A stretch of DNA of 64,000 bases from Candidatus Multivoradales bacterium (GCA_965248055.1 CBDFIJ010000004.1:1184001-1248000); one strand, 5' to 3'; shown: positions 12,240-21,250, numbered from the stretch's first letter. Translations and numbers: made by a program. Notes: generated by a model from the letters alone, not told the origin.

Positions 12240-12676
12240 GGTCGAGCGATTCTCCCACGGCCCGTGACTGTTTCCCCGCCATTCTGACCCGGCACGCTGC
12301 ACGAAACTTCATTCACGCTGGCAAGAGCTCTGGCGGGAATTTCGTTTCGCTTCTAGCGAGTCTGAAGTCGATGCTCGGCGACTTCAATACATTGCTTGTT
12401 TTTGCCGAGCGACTCGATCTTGAGAGCAGGCGAGGAGTCTCAGGAGGCGTTGAGTTGACTCTCCACCGGAGGGTCGCAGGATAGGTCCCGGCTCCCTTGC
12501 CCGGCTCCCGCCGGCTCGAGACGGGCACGCGCACCGCGGCGCCAATCCCCAGCTATCAGGCCACTTCATTTGTCGAGGACTCCCTTTGCCAACCACGACC
12601 TTGATAGGGTGGGGAAGGAGTCGGAGTGGCAGCACTACCGGCCAATCACCAGCCAAAAGAAAAAGGAAACTGCACC

Positions 12677-13588
12677 GTGTCGAGTACCAACGATTCTCGC
12701 GGATCTCTCTTACTCTGGGGAGTCATTCCCCTTGCTTTGCTCGGGCTGCTCCTAGCCTGGATTGTCACAACCAACCCGCTCGCCAATTTAGCTGGAACTG
12801 AAACGGGCGCAGGTGCCCGTCTGACACCGGCTTTTCTCTGGGGGTTTGGACTCATCGGTCTCTACGTCGGCGTCTTGCCGGTGATGCTGGGTTTGGTGTG
12901 GCGACCCTTCCTAATGCGCCTGGGACGCGCCGGACGCGACTTCGTGCTCGCACTGACGATTGGACTTCTGATCTACCTGGGCATAGACACCGTCGAGGAT
13001 GGGATCGAGACCATGGAAGAAGCGTTGTCCATGGTGACGACTCTGGGATTGTTCTTTGGCCTCGCGATTGCCGCCTATTTTGCCGTCGAAGCGTTCTCGC
13101 GCTGGGTGGCGCGACGCAGCGGCGGCGGAGCCGATTGGACCACAGCAATGCTGATCGCCCTGGGGATTGGACTGCACAACTTCGGCGAAGGTCTGGCGAT
13201 TGGCGCCGCCTACGCACTCGGCGAAATGGCCTTGGGAGCGATCCTGGTGGTGGGCTTTACCCTGCACAACACCACCGAAGGGCTGGCGATTGTCGCACCA
13301 CTTTCCAAAGAAACCGAAGTCGGAATCGGCAAACTGTTGCTCCTGGGATTGATCGCCGGAGGACCCACCATCCTCGGAGCCTGGCTCGGCGGCATGGTGG
13401 TCTCGCCAGTAACCGGCGGCATCGCCTTGGCACTGGGCGCCGGCGCCATCGCCCAAGTGGTGATCCAACTCCTTGGCTCGGTGTCGAAAGATCGTTCGTT
13501 GAAGAGCTTTCTGTCTTCGCCTGCAGTGATCGTCGGATTGGTCGTCGGCGCCGCGCTGATGTTCGTCACCGGAAAAATCGCCGGTTAA
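12677..13588 (+). CDS. ZIP (ZupT/GufA) family divalent metal transporter
   Basis: GIGLHNFGEGLAIG and GFTLHNTTEG motifs; AAGGA upstream of GTG 12677. Confidence 0.92.
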   Translation: MSSTNDSRGSLLLWGVIPLALLGLLLAWIVTTNPLANLAGTETGAGARLTPAFLWGFGLIGLYVGVLPVMLGLVWRPFLMRLGRAGRDFVLALTIGLLIYLGIDTVEDGIETMEEALSMVTTLGLFFGLAIAAYFAVEAFSRWVARRSGGGADWTTAMLIALGIGLHNFGEGLAIGAAYALGEMALGAILVVGFTLHNTTEGLAIVAPLSKETEVGIGKLLLLGLIAGGPTILGAWLGGMVVSPVTGGIALALGAGAIAQVVIQLLGSVSKDRSLKSFLSSPAVIVGLVVGAALMFVTGKIAG

Positions 13589-13627
13589 AGTAGCAAGCTA
13601 GTCGCCACCAAGCCATTATCTAGAGCC

Positions 13628-13972
13628 GGAGAGGTACCTCCCCCTCCCCTACAAAAGAGCTGGCGCAGACCCAACGTCTGCCGGTTGGCAGAGTCGATTC
13701 TCGACCCATCACAGATTGAGATCCTTCGACTGCGCTGCTACGCAGCTTCGCTCAGGATGACAACTGGAAGGCCTTGACGTAAGAGTGGGAGGGGGAAACT
13801 CCGCCCCCACAAGAGCAAAGGCCGTTCCGCGATCCTTGTCCTCGTAGGGCAGGCCTTTATGGCCTCCCGCTCTTGCCGATCCCTCTCCCCCGCCGGGATG
13901 ACGAAGTGCTGATATGCCACCGCCATTACCAACTTCATCCCCGAAGGGTGGGGGTTTGGTGGTCGGGGATCT
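13628..13972. repeat. Mixed REP-like cluster (GTCATCC...GGATCT and GTAG-type hairpins)
   Basis: GAGATCCTTCG...CTCAGGATGAC (13718-13761), CCGGGATGAC (~13893), TCATCCCCG...CGGGGATCT (~13935-13972), plus GTAGGG-type hairpins at 13628, 13787, 13844. Confidence 0.75.
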
Positions 13973-13995
13973 ATCACCGTCGAGATGGCGATCGG

Positions 13996-14706
13996 TTAGG
14001 CCTCGAATACCTCTCCAGGCTGCAAGGTCACGACCTCACAGTTCATTTCTCGCGCCACAACTTGCCGGGTGAATTCTTCAGGAGTCCCGGTAAGCAGTGG
14101 GAAGGTGCCCCAGTGAATCGGTACGACCTGACCAACCCCGAGCAAACGGCAAGCCTTGGCCGCCTGAACCGGATCCATGGTGAAGACGTCGCCGATCGGC
14201 AGGAATGCCAATTGGGGTCGATACAGCTCACGAATCAACTGCATGTCTGAAAATAGTGCCGTGTCCCCGGCGTGGTAGAAGTCAATGCCGTCTGGGTTAC
14301 GGATTGCGTAGCCCATCGCTGGGCCACCGTGAATAAAATGGCCACCGTCCAAAACACCAGAAGAATGAACCGCCTGGGTCATCGAGACCTTGAGGCCCAG
14401 CACCTCCAGTGTGCCCCCCAAGTTGCCGTGCATGCAATTCTCCACTCCCTGCTTCTCCAACCAATGGCTGAGTTCCAACGAAGCGACAACCACCGACGGT
14501 CGGTATTTCTTGGCGATCGCCACCGCATCATCGATGTGGTCGAAATGTCCATGAGTGATCAGCATCGCGTCGACCTTTTCGATTGCGCGCAACTTCTCGG
14601 GACAAGCGGGGTTGTTGTCCACCCAGGGATCGATCAACAGCGAGCGTCCGTCCGCTAATTCAACGCCGATCGTCGCGTGGCCGTAATAGGTAAATTTGGT
14701 TGTCAA
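13996..14706 (-). CDS. Metallo-beta-lactamase fold metal-dependent hydrolase (UPF0173-like)
   Basis: THGHFDH, AVHSS, YHAGDT, LPIGD, PIHWGTF motifs. Confidence 0.93.
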   Translation of the reverse strand: MTTKFTYYGHATIGVELADGRSLLIDPWVDNNPACPEKLRAIEKVDAMLITHGHFDHIDDAVAIAKKYRPSVVVASLELSHWLEKQGVENCMHGNLGGTLEVLGLKVSMTQAVHSSGVLDGGHFIHGGPAMGYAIRNPDGIDFYHAGDTALFSDMQLIRELYRPQLAFLPIGDVFTMDPVQAAKACRLLGVGQVVPIHWGTFPLLTGTPEEFTRQVVAREMNCEVVTLQPGEVFEA

Positions 14707-14876
14707 CTTTTCTCCTTATTGTTGTGATCAAAAGCCTAGCGTGAATCGACAGGAAGTTGAACTCGGCGTCGGTGAAACTTACCGACGCGTCGATGCGTAG
14801 TGAAATCCGAGCAAAGACATGAGGAAAAGCACCATGAACCCCACCAGAAGGTGCGCTTTTCTGTTACTCTTTTTCC

Positions 14877-15374
14877 ATGCGACGGGCCCTCTCCCATCGA
14901 CCCCGTAGCCGGAAGCTAAATCCCATCGTTTGGGGTCTTGTTCGTCTTTCGGCTTTGGTGTTAGTGGGATTCCACGTCCTGCTTCTTGGACGTCGTATCG
15001 CCGATCTGACCATCGCCGACCCTTGGGTTATTGTTCGCTGGTTGGCCACCGTTGCGCTGTTGTTCGTTGGTTGGCGCTATGTACGAAAAGGCGGCTCTCT
15101 GGTCGCCGGCCGCGGCGCACTGGCGTTTTGGATCGCGGTATTCCTGCTGCACGCGTTTGCCCTTCAGCCAGCGCCGGTACCTTTGGCAGAAAGCACGGTC
15201 AACGTTTGGAGTGTAGGGCTACTGCTGGTGCTTTCCTGGGTGGTTCTCAACGCCCTGCAGACTTCAGTCGAAGCACGTAGATACCATCAAACGGAAGACT
15301 TCTTCCTGCTGTTTCATACCGATCAGCTAATCCATTACTCGGGTCGTCCGCCTCCGATCTCCTTCTCCGCATAG
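14877..15374 (+). CDS. Membrane leader protein with C-terminal RPPP putative ribosome-arrest motif
   Basis: About four hydrophobic segments, ends HYSGRPPPISFSA; TGtTACTCT -10 box six nt before the ATG; upstream of a TonB-dependent receptor ORF. Confidence 0.75.
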   Translation: MRRALSHRPRSRKLNPIVWGLVRLSALVLVGFHVLLLGRRIADLTIADPWVIVRWLATVALLFVGWRYVRKGGSLVAGRGALAFWIAVFLLHAFALQPAPVPLAESTVNVWSVGLLLVLSWVVLNALQTSVEARRYHQTEDFFLLFHTDQLIHYSGRPPPISFSA

Positions 15375-15453
15375 ACGCGGAACCCCCACCCCAATCAGAC
15401 GAAGGTGTCACCCTCGCGGTGACTGACCGAACGATACTCTTTGGAAGGAGATC
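15356..15453 (+). promoter_or_regulatory. Anti-SD / SD pairing (putative translational attenuator)
   Basis: GATCTCCTTC (15356-15365) is the exact reverse complement of GAAGGAGATC (15444-15453), which contains the SD of ATG 15457; inner hairpin GTCACC/GGTGAC at 15407-15423. Confidence 0.7.
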
Positions 15454-15456
15454 AAC

Positions 15457-18400
15457 ATGCAGGGCACAACGCCTGCTCTCGACAACGTTTCCCAGTCCTC
15501 AATGCAGTCCCCACTGTTGGAAGCAGTGATGCATCTACCGATTCTCACTACGGTTGTTGCGACCGTATTTTGTCTGGTGTTGTTTCGCCGCTATCGCCAG
15601 CGCGGTGGCCTCCACTTGCTGTGGTGGGCGATCGGCATGGCCACCTACGGCCTTGGTACCCTGACCGAGTCGGCGACCACCCTGTTTGGCTGGAACTCCG
15701 ACGTCTTCAAGCTCTGGTATGTCTTCGGCGCCTTTCTCGGTGGCTATCCACTGGCACAAGGAAGCCTTTACTTGCTGGCTAGGAAACGCCGATTGGCCCA
15801 TCTGTCCGCCATCGTCTGCACCACCGCCATCATCATCGGCGCCATCGCCGTGGCGCTATCCCCTGTCACATTTCCAGGAGTTGACGCACGGCTGTCTGGA
15901 TCCGCTCTGAACTGGCAATGGATTCGCGCTATGACCCCATTTATCAATATCTACTCGGCAATCGTCCTCATTGGAGGTGCTCTGGTGTCCGCTTTTCGTT
16001 TTCGTACCACTCCCGACTTGCGCGGCCGTTACCTCGGCAACATCTTGATCGCTATCGGCGCTTTACTGCCCGGGATCGGCGGCACCATGACTCGCATGGG
16101 TCATGTAGAAGTGCTCTACGTAACCGAGCTGTTGGGTCTGTTGTTTATCTTTGCCGGCTATCGCAAATGCGTCGCCGCACCTCAGCCCGCGACCGAACCC
16201 AAGTCGGCGATAGCGTCAGTTACCGCTGTGCTACTTCTACTGATGAGTCTCGCGAGTCCGCAACTGCTGAGTGCGCAAACTAACGATACGGCTCCTCAAG
16301 GAGAAGGAACTCAGGAAACCGTCGACCAGGACCCTAGGTCGGATAGCGGCGACAACGTCTATTACGGAACCGTGACGGTGACCGCGACCGGCAACGAGTC
16401 CGATACCCATCAGGTCGCTCAACCGGTCACCGTGCTCAAAGATATCGACCTGCGGCTGGCCAACAACGCCGCCGACCTGCTGCGCTGGGAACCCGGAGTC
16501 GATGTTGACGGAGTGGGGGCAGTGCAGGTGCGTCCGGTCATTCGTGGCTTGCGCGGCCTGCGCGTGCTGTTCTTGGAGGACGGCCTGCGGATGAACAACT
16601 CGCGTCGCCAAACTGATTTCGGCGAGATCAGTGGTTTGGTGCCCAATGAGTTGGTCGACCGAATCGAAGTGGTGCGCGGCGCGGCTTCAGTGCTGTACGG
16701 TACCGACGCCATTGGTGGCGTAGTCAACATGATCACCCACCGGCCCAGTGTTGGCTCCGGCTGGGCCGGCAATCTAAGGGTTACCGGTGGCAGCGTCGAC
16801 GACTCGACCAAGGTCACTGCGAGCTTAGCGAAACGAAGCGAGCAGTCATCTTGGTCTAGCACCTTTGGCGTGCGTGATGTTTCGGACTACGAGGCGCCCG
16901 CCGGAACCTTTGGCGATATCAAACTGTTGGAAGACACCTCGGTGCTCGACACCGGGGTCGAGGACAACTTCTTCAAAACCATCTACTCCAGAGACTTGAA
17001 CAGCTCCCACAGCTTGATCCTTTCAGCGCGCGGCTACTCGGGAGAAAACAGCGGATTCGGCTTGGTCGAGCCGTCGCTTTTGGGAGACGACAGCTTTCGC
17101 ATTCGCATCCTCTATCCGGAGCAAGATTTTCAAAAGTTCGTCGCCACCCACCTAGGAACAGATCTCGGTTGGGCCGACACGCTGGAAACCAAGCTCTATA
17201 GCCAAAGCAACGAGCGCATCCTGGTCAACGACATCGGCATCAATATCGGGCCGATCTTTCCCGGCGCTCCCAACTCCTCTGTCGACGCGGACACCGTAAA
17301 CAACACCGATATGGATACCTGGGGCGTCCGCTCTGAAGCCGCCAAAGCAGCGGCCGGAGGGCTCTGGACCTACGGCGTCGAAGCATTCTTCGATGATTCC
17401 TTTAACACCGATTCGTCTGTGACTACGACCACCATTCGTGTCCCCTTTCCGCCTTTCGCGTTTGTCAGCCAAAGCACCGACAACATCGCCAATGCCCCCA
17501 ACGCCACTAACTCTTCAATCGGTGCTTTCGCCCAGTACGAGCGATTGATCGGGGACCGCGCCCATGTCAGTCTTGGCACTCGCTATCAGCAGGTCACGAC
17601 CCAAGCAGAACCGACACCAGATCTGGATGTCACCGGACTGGACTTCGACGATTCCCGTTGGGTCGGCGCTGCGACCCTGCGCTATCAGCTCCAGGACAAC
17701 CTGCAATTGGTCGGTTCGCTGGGAAGTTCCTTCCGCATGCCGAGCATCATCGAGCGCCTGTTCAACGGCCCGACCCCCGAAGGAGCTGGCTTTCAACTTC
17801 TAAACCCAAACCTCAAGTCGGAAACCGGTATCAACTACGACATCGGTCTCAAGTATCGGGGTCGGCGCACCTTTGCCGAGGTCACCTATTTCGAGAATCG
17901 CCTGTCCGACGGTATCTCCCAGCACTTCCTCAGCCCAGCCGACGTTGACGCCTTAGCGCAAGACTTGAAAACCGAAATTGCGCTACTGGGACCCAACGTA
18001 TTTGTGGTTCAGCAACGCAATATTGAAGAACTGACCTACACTGGGTTCGAGCTGGCGGGTGGAATCAACCTGGAAAGTGGAGTGACAGTGGGTGGCAACT
18101 TCTCGCTGCTCGACGCCGATCGCACCGACTCCGCCAACCCACCGACCGGCGAAAGCTACGGCAACAAGACCAACCTGTTCCTCCGCTACGCCCCAGCCAG
18201 CAAGCCGTACTATCTAGAATGGCGTATCCGTCACTCGCCGGAAGATGACTTCCCGCTGGCACCCAACCAAGCCCTGCCCCCAGCAGGCCTCAGACTGCCG
18301 TCTTTGACTGTGCAACAACTGGCCGCCGGTTGGACCTTCAGCGGTGAAGGTCGTCTCGGTCATCAACTCAACCTAGTGGTCGACAACCTGAGCGACGATC

Positions 18401-18483
18401 TCTATTCCGAGTCCTCCAACGCCTCCTTCTTCCGACCACAGCCAGGGAGAGGGGCGCGGGTGAGTTATGGGCTGAGGTTCTAA
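15457..18483 (+). CDS. Fusion: 7-TM membrane domain + internal signal peptide + TonB-dependent receptor
   Basis: Residues ~25-235 have seven hydrophobic helices; 249-273 signal-like, ending LSA|Q; then TVTVTAT TonB-box-like, plug (IRGLRG...RIEVVRGAASVLYGTDAIGGVVNMIT), FRMP/NPNL motifs, C-terminal YGLRF. Confidence 0.88.
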   Translation: MQGTTPALDNVSQSSMQSPLLEAVMHLPILTTVVATVFCLVLFRRYRQRGGLHLLWWAIGMATYGLGTLTESATTLFGWNSDVFKLWYVFGAFLGGYPLAQGSLYLLARKRRLAHLSAIVCTTAIIIGAIAVALSPVTFPGVDARLSGSALNWQWIRAMTPFINIYSAIVLIGGALVSAFRFRTTPDLRGRYLGNILIAIGALLPGIGGTMTRMGHVEVLYVTELLGLLFIFAGYRKCVAAPQPATEPKSAIASVTAVLLLLMSLASPQLLSAQTNDTAPQGEGTQETVDQDPRSDSGDNVYYGTVTVTATGNESDTHQVAQPVTVLKDIDLRLANNAADLLRWEPGVDVDGVGAVQVRPVIRGLRGLRVLFLEDGLRMNNSRRQTDFGEISGLVPNELVDRIEVVRGAASVLYGTDAIGGVVNMITHRPSVGSGWAGNLRVTGGSVDDSTKVTASLAKRSEQSSWSSTFGVRDVSDYEAPAGTFGDIKLLEDTSVLDTGVEDNFFKTIYSRDLNSSHSLILSARGYSGENSGFGLVEPSLLGDDSFRIRILYPEQDFQKFVATHLGTDLGWADTLETKLYSQSNERILVNDIGINIGPIFPGAPNSSVDADTVNNTDMDTWGVRSEAAKAAAGGLWTYGVEAFFDDSFNTDSSVTTTTIRVPFPPFAFVSQSTDNIANAPNATNSSIGAFAQYERLIGDRAHVSLGTRYQQVTTQAEPTPDLDVTGLDFDDSRWVGAATLRYQLQDNLQLVGSLGSSFRMPSIIERLFNGPTPEGAGFQLLNPNLKSETGINYDIGLKYRGRRTFAEVTYFENRLSDGISQHFLSPADVDALAQDLKTEIALLGPNVFVVQQRNIEELTYTGFELAGGINLESGVTVGGNFSLLDADRTDSANPPTGESYGNKTNLFLRYAPASKPYYLEWRIRHSPEDDFPLAPNQALPPAGLRLPSLTVQQLAAGWTFSGEGRLGHQLNLVVDNLSDDLYSESSNASFFRPQPGRGARVSYGLRF

Positions 18484-18494
18484 GACGAATCGAT

Positions 18495-18540
18495 GGCGGG
18501 CTGCTTGTCAACTTAGCCTAAACAGGCGAGCGGCCCGCCG
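18495..18540. terminator. GC-rich hairpin between convergent genes
   Basis: GGCGGGCTGCTTG...CGAGCGGCCCGCC inverted repeat; no clear U-tract. Confidence 0.4.
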
Positions 18541-18563
18541 TCGACCGCTCCCAAACTTCGAGC

Positions 18564-19178
18564 TCATTGAACTTTCTGCGCCGAGTCTAGAACCTGGGTT
18601 TGGTCGAGATAGCAATCTGGGTCGTCAGGGGTTTTTTCGCAAAATTCAGCCACCGCCTGGGACAAGTCAGATGACGCAATACGCTCTTTGTCTTTGAAGA
18701 CAGACAGCTTTGCAACCTCGCGGTTGAACGGGAGAATGATTGTCGTCTCGGCACTCTCCTCTATATCAACGAAGTCGCGATCTTCTTCGTCACTCCAAAC
18801 CAATGTCCAACGAGGGTCCCAAAGTGGAATCGAAACGAGGCTAACTCCCTGAACGTCTACTAGTTGTGCCGTGAGCATGGCGGGGTTCCCAATGTGATTG
18901 GGCGCCTCCCCGTAAAGAACCCTCGGGTTCGTGAGCGTTACAAGACCCTCGGCGGCTACGCGCATGTCAACGACCACCACTTTGGCAAAAGCCGTGGACG
19001 CAACCGCACTGGGGTCTTTGGGGCCAACACTCAAAGTGCCGCCATCAATCTGCTGCACAATTGCCGACTCCTGCGGCTGCTGCGCCACGATCCTGCTCTG
19101 ATCACCCTCCTCAGTATCAGAGCAGCCCAAAAGCACCAGCATGGGAATCCAAAGCCCGAATCGATTACACGCTTTCAT
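18564..19178 (-). CDS. Hypothetical lipoprotein
   Basis: MKACNRFGLWIPMLVLLG-C lipobox; GGAGAGG upstream of ATG 19178. Confidence 0.7.
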   Translation of the reverse strand: MKACNRFGLWIPMLVLLGCSDTEEGDQSRIVAQQPQESAIVQQIDGGTLSVGPKDPSAVASTAFAKVVVVDMRVAAEGLVTLTNPRVLYGEAPNHIGNPAMLTAQLVDVQGVSLVSIPLWDPRWTLVWSDEEDRDFVDIEESAETTIILPFNREVAKLSVFKDKERIASSDLSQAVAEFCEKTPDDPDCYLDQTQVLDSAQKVQ

Positions 19179-19225
19179 TGTTCTAACACCTCTCCAGTTT
19201 GCTGAACATCTGCTATACCTACTCG

Positions 19226-21250
19226 TCACGGTAGGGCGTCTATGACCGCCTGAATCCTGCGCTCGTCGGCAGCGCGCGGCACACGATTGTCAACCATGCG
19301 GTCGTTTTCGACATCTGCTGCCCCCGGCGCTGGCGCGTGATCAAGGCGAAAGAACTGACTCCCGCTACTGACACGCGTTGACGTAAACCCCAAGCACGAA
19401 CTGCGAAGACCACCGAGCGCGTCAGCCTGGCAAGCAGTCTGTGCTGCTGAACTACCAGCAGCTTGGGGACCATACAGATTCGGGTTGGTGCCGGTCTGAA
19501 AGTAGCCGCCATCGCAACAATATTCGTCCGCCAATCCGAACGGGCTGTGCCCGGTCTCATGCCGCACGGTATTTGTCGCCCCTGGTTCAGTACTGAAAAT
19601 ACCTCCACTGGCACAGTCACGCAAATTATCTGTGTGCAGCAACACTCCACTGTCCGAAAACGTGTAGTCGGTACTCCAGTTCGAAGGCGCAGTATGGCAG
19701 GGCGACCCGGCGGTAAAGCCATGCGCATCGCCTCGGTCCTGCGCGATCCAGAAGTTGAACCGCCCCTGATTACGCAGAAACAACTCATCTGACAAGAATG
19801 CCGTCTGGACCACGTCATGCACGTCGTCCGTGAAAGCCGTCACATTGGCGCTGCTGTAGTTGTCACTGTCAGGGATGAAAACTAAGTCCATTGCTTCGGC
19901 GGTTGCGCGGTGCCGCAACACCGGCACTGCCCGGCCGCGTGCAGGCGGTCCAATGATCGAACTACGGCTACCGGTGGTGGCGGATACACCTCGTTCTTCT
20001 GCATTGCACTGGTAACTAAAAGTCCCGTTGCTCGAAGCGTGAAGACGGATTTCGCAAGTCGTCGCATCGGTGCAGCTCTGAACATTGCCAGTACCACCCG
20101 CCGGCTGACGTAGCTCAATACGGTCGGCAACGACCGGGCGCATATTCGCATCGAGGGCATCAGCGGTGAATGTCACCGTGTCACCAGCTTGCGGCCAAAT
20201 CGGCGAATGCAGGCAACGCACGTAGAGGCGCGGACGATTATGGATCCGAATGCGCACCTGCATACGAGCCCTATCACTTTGATTGCCACTCACATCAATG
20301 CGTGAGCCTACATCGAGGATGTCGCCACACCTCCCAGTTGCCTCTCCAGTGATGTTGCAGGTGCTCGGATTCAGATCAAGTTGCAGTACCCGCCCAGCTC
20401 CTGGTTGCACGTCGACTGTGTCGTCGGGATTAAGAAAGCCGTCAGAATCCATGATTCGAATGTCGATCGGAATTGTTCTGCGACTCAGGTTCACCCAACG
20501 AGTAAAACGCCAGTAAGCAGCGACATCATCTTGGTTGCCAAACTGTGTGCTTTCGCCGCGCGACTCGTTGGATTGCTCGGTACCGTCGATACCGATTCGT
20601 CCATAAAAGTCAGCTGACGATCCACACCACCAAAAGGTGTCATCGACGCACTCGAGCGTGGTCAGCCGTTCGACCACGACCTCGACTTCACCGAGTCGTG
20701 CTGGGGTGACGTCAATTCGAAACCGTATTCTCGCTCGGTCGTCGCTCGTACCGCTCGACGTCAAAGTCGCTCCACACGCACCAGAGGCCCCGCCGCTTAT
20801 CGTGCAGCCGCCCAAATTCACACTCAGGTCCAGGTTCCTTCCACTACCGGAAGTGATGTCAACGTGGTCATCCCCGAACCGCAGCCCTCCGTCGGAATCC
20901 CATATTTCAATGCGGACGTTGATGTTGCTGGAAGACACCGCGCGTCGGAATGTCCAGTTCGGTGAAATATCCGCGCTATCGTCAATCGAACCACTCGAAA
21001 AAGACACACCGTCGATAACAACCTTCGAGTAGAAGTCCCCGGCCGAACCACACCACCACAGAGTTTCGTCAACACACTCGAGCTCTTCGACACGTTGAAT
21101 GGTCACTGTGACTTCGTCGTCGGCTGCCGCCATGGACGGAAAAGCTAACCCCCACAGGACAAGTGCCGTCCAAGCACGGTACCAAAGAACTCTTCTCAAG
21201 GCGCAAGACGGAAGTGGTTCTTTGCTCACTGCTTCATCCCTCAAAATCAA
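19226..21250 (-). CDS. Secreted M64-like zinc metallopeptidase with two N-terminal repeated beta (C2-like) domains
   Basis: Signal peptide ending AAA|D; duplicated LECVD(E/D)T(L/F)WWCGSxxDFY..IDG domain; MDLVFIPD and HETGHSPFGLADEY; exact start uncertain. Confidence 0.75.
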   Translation of the reverse strand: MILRDEAVSKEPLPSCALRRVLWYRAWTALVLWGLAFPSMAAADDEVTVTIQRVEELECVDETLWWCGSAGDFYSKVVIDGVSFSSGSIDDSADISPNWTFRRAVSSSNINVRIEIWDSDGGLRFGDDHVDITSGSGRNLDLSVNLGGCTISGGASGACGATLTSSGTSDDRARIRFRIDVTPARLGEVEVVVERLTTLECVDDTFWWCGSSADFYGRIGIDGTEQSNESRGESTQFGNQDDVAAYWRFTRWVNLSRRTIPIDIRIMDSDGFLNPDDTVDVQPGAGRVLQLDLNPSTCNITGEATGRCGDILDVGSRIDVSGNQSDRARMQVRIRIHNRPRLYVRCLHSPIWPQAGDTVTFTADALDANMRPVVADRIELRQPAGGTGNVQSCTDATTCEIRLHASSNGTFSYQCNAEERGVSATTGSRSSIIGPPARGRAVPVLRHRATAEAMDLVFIPDSDNYSSANVTAFTDDVHDVVQTAFLSDELFLRNQGRFNFWIAQDRGDAHGFTAGSPCHTAPSNWSTDYTFSDSGVLLHTDNLRDCASGGIFSTEPGATNTVRHETGHSPFGLADEYCCDGGYFQTGTNPNLYGPQAAGSSAAQTACQADALGGLRSSCLGFTSTRVSSGSQFFRLDHAPAPGAADVENDRMVDNRVPRAADERRIQAVIDALP

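Noticed and set aside
12300-12660. Assignment as 6S RNA, tmRNA, or a cobalamin, glycine or yybP-ykoY riboswitch
   Set aside because: Only short fragments resemble each consensus and the required conserved cores were not found; kept only as an unassigned structured region
14819-14908. Small ORF MRKSTMNPTRRCAFLLLFFHATGPLPSTP overlapping the leader start
   Set aside because: It spans the predicted -10 box of the leaderless 14877 gene and has no independent support
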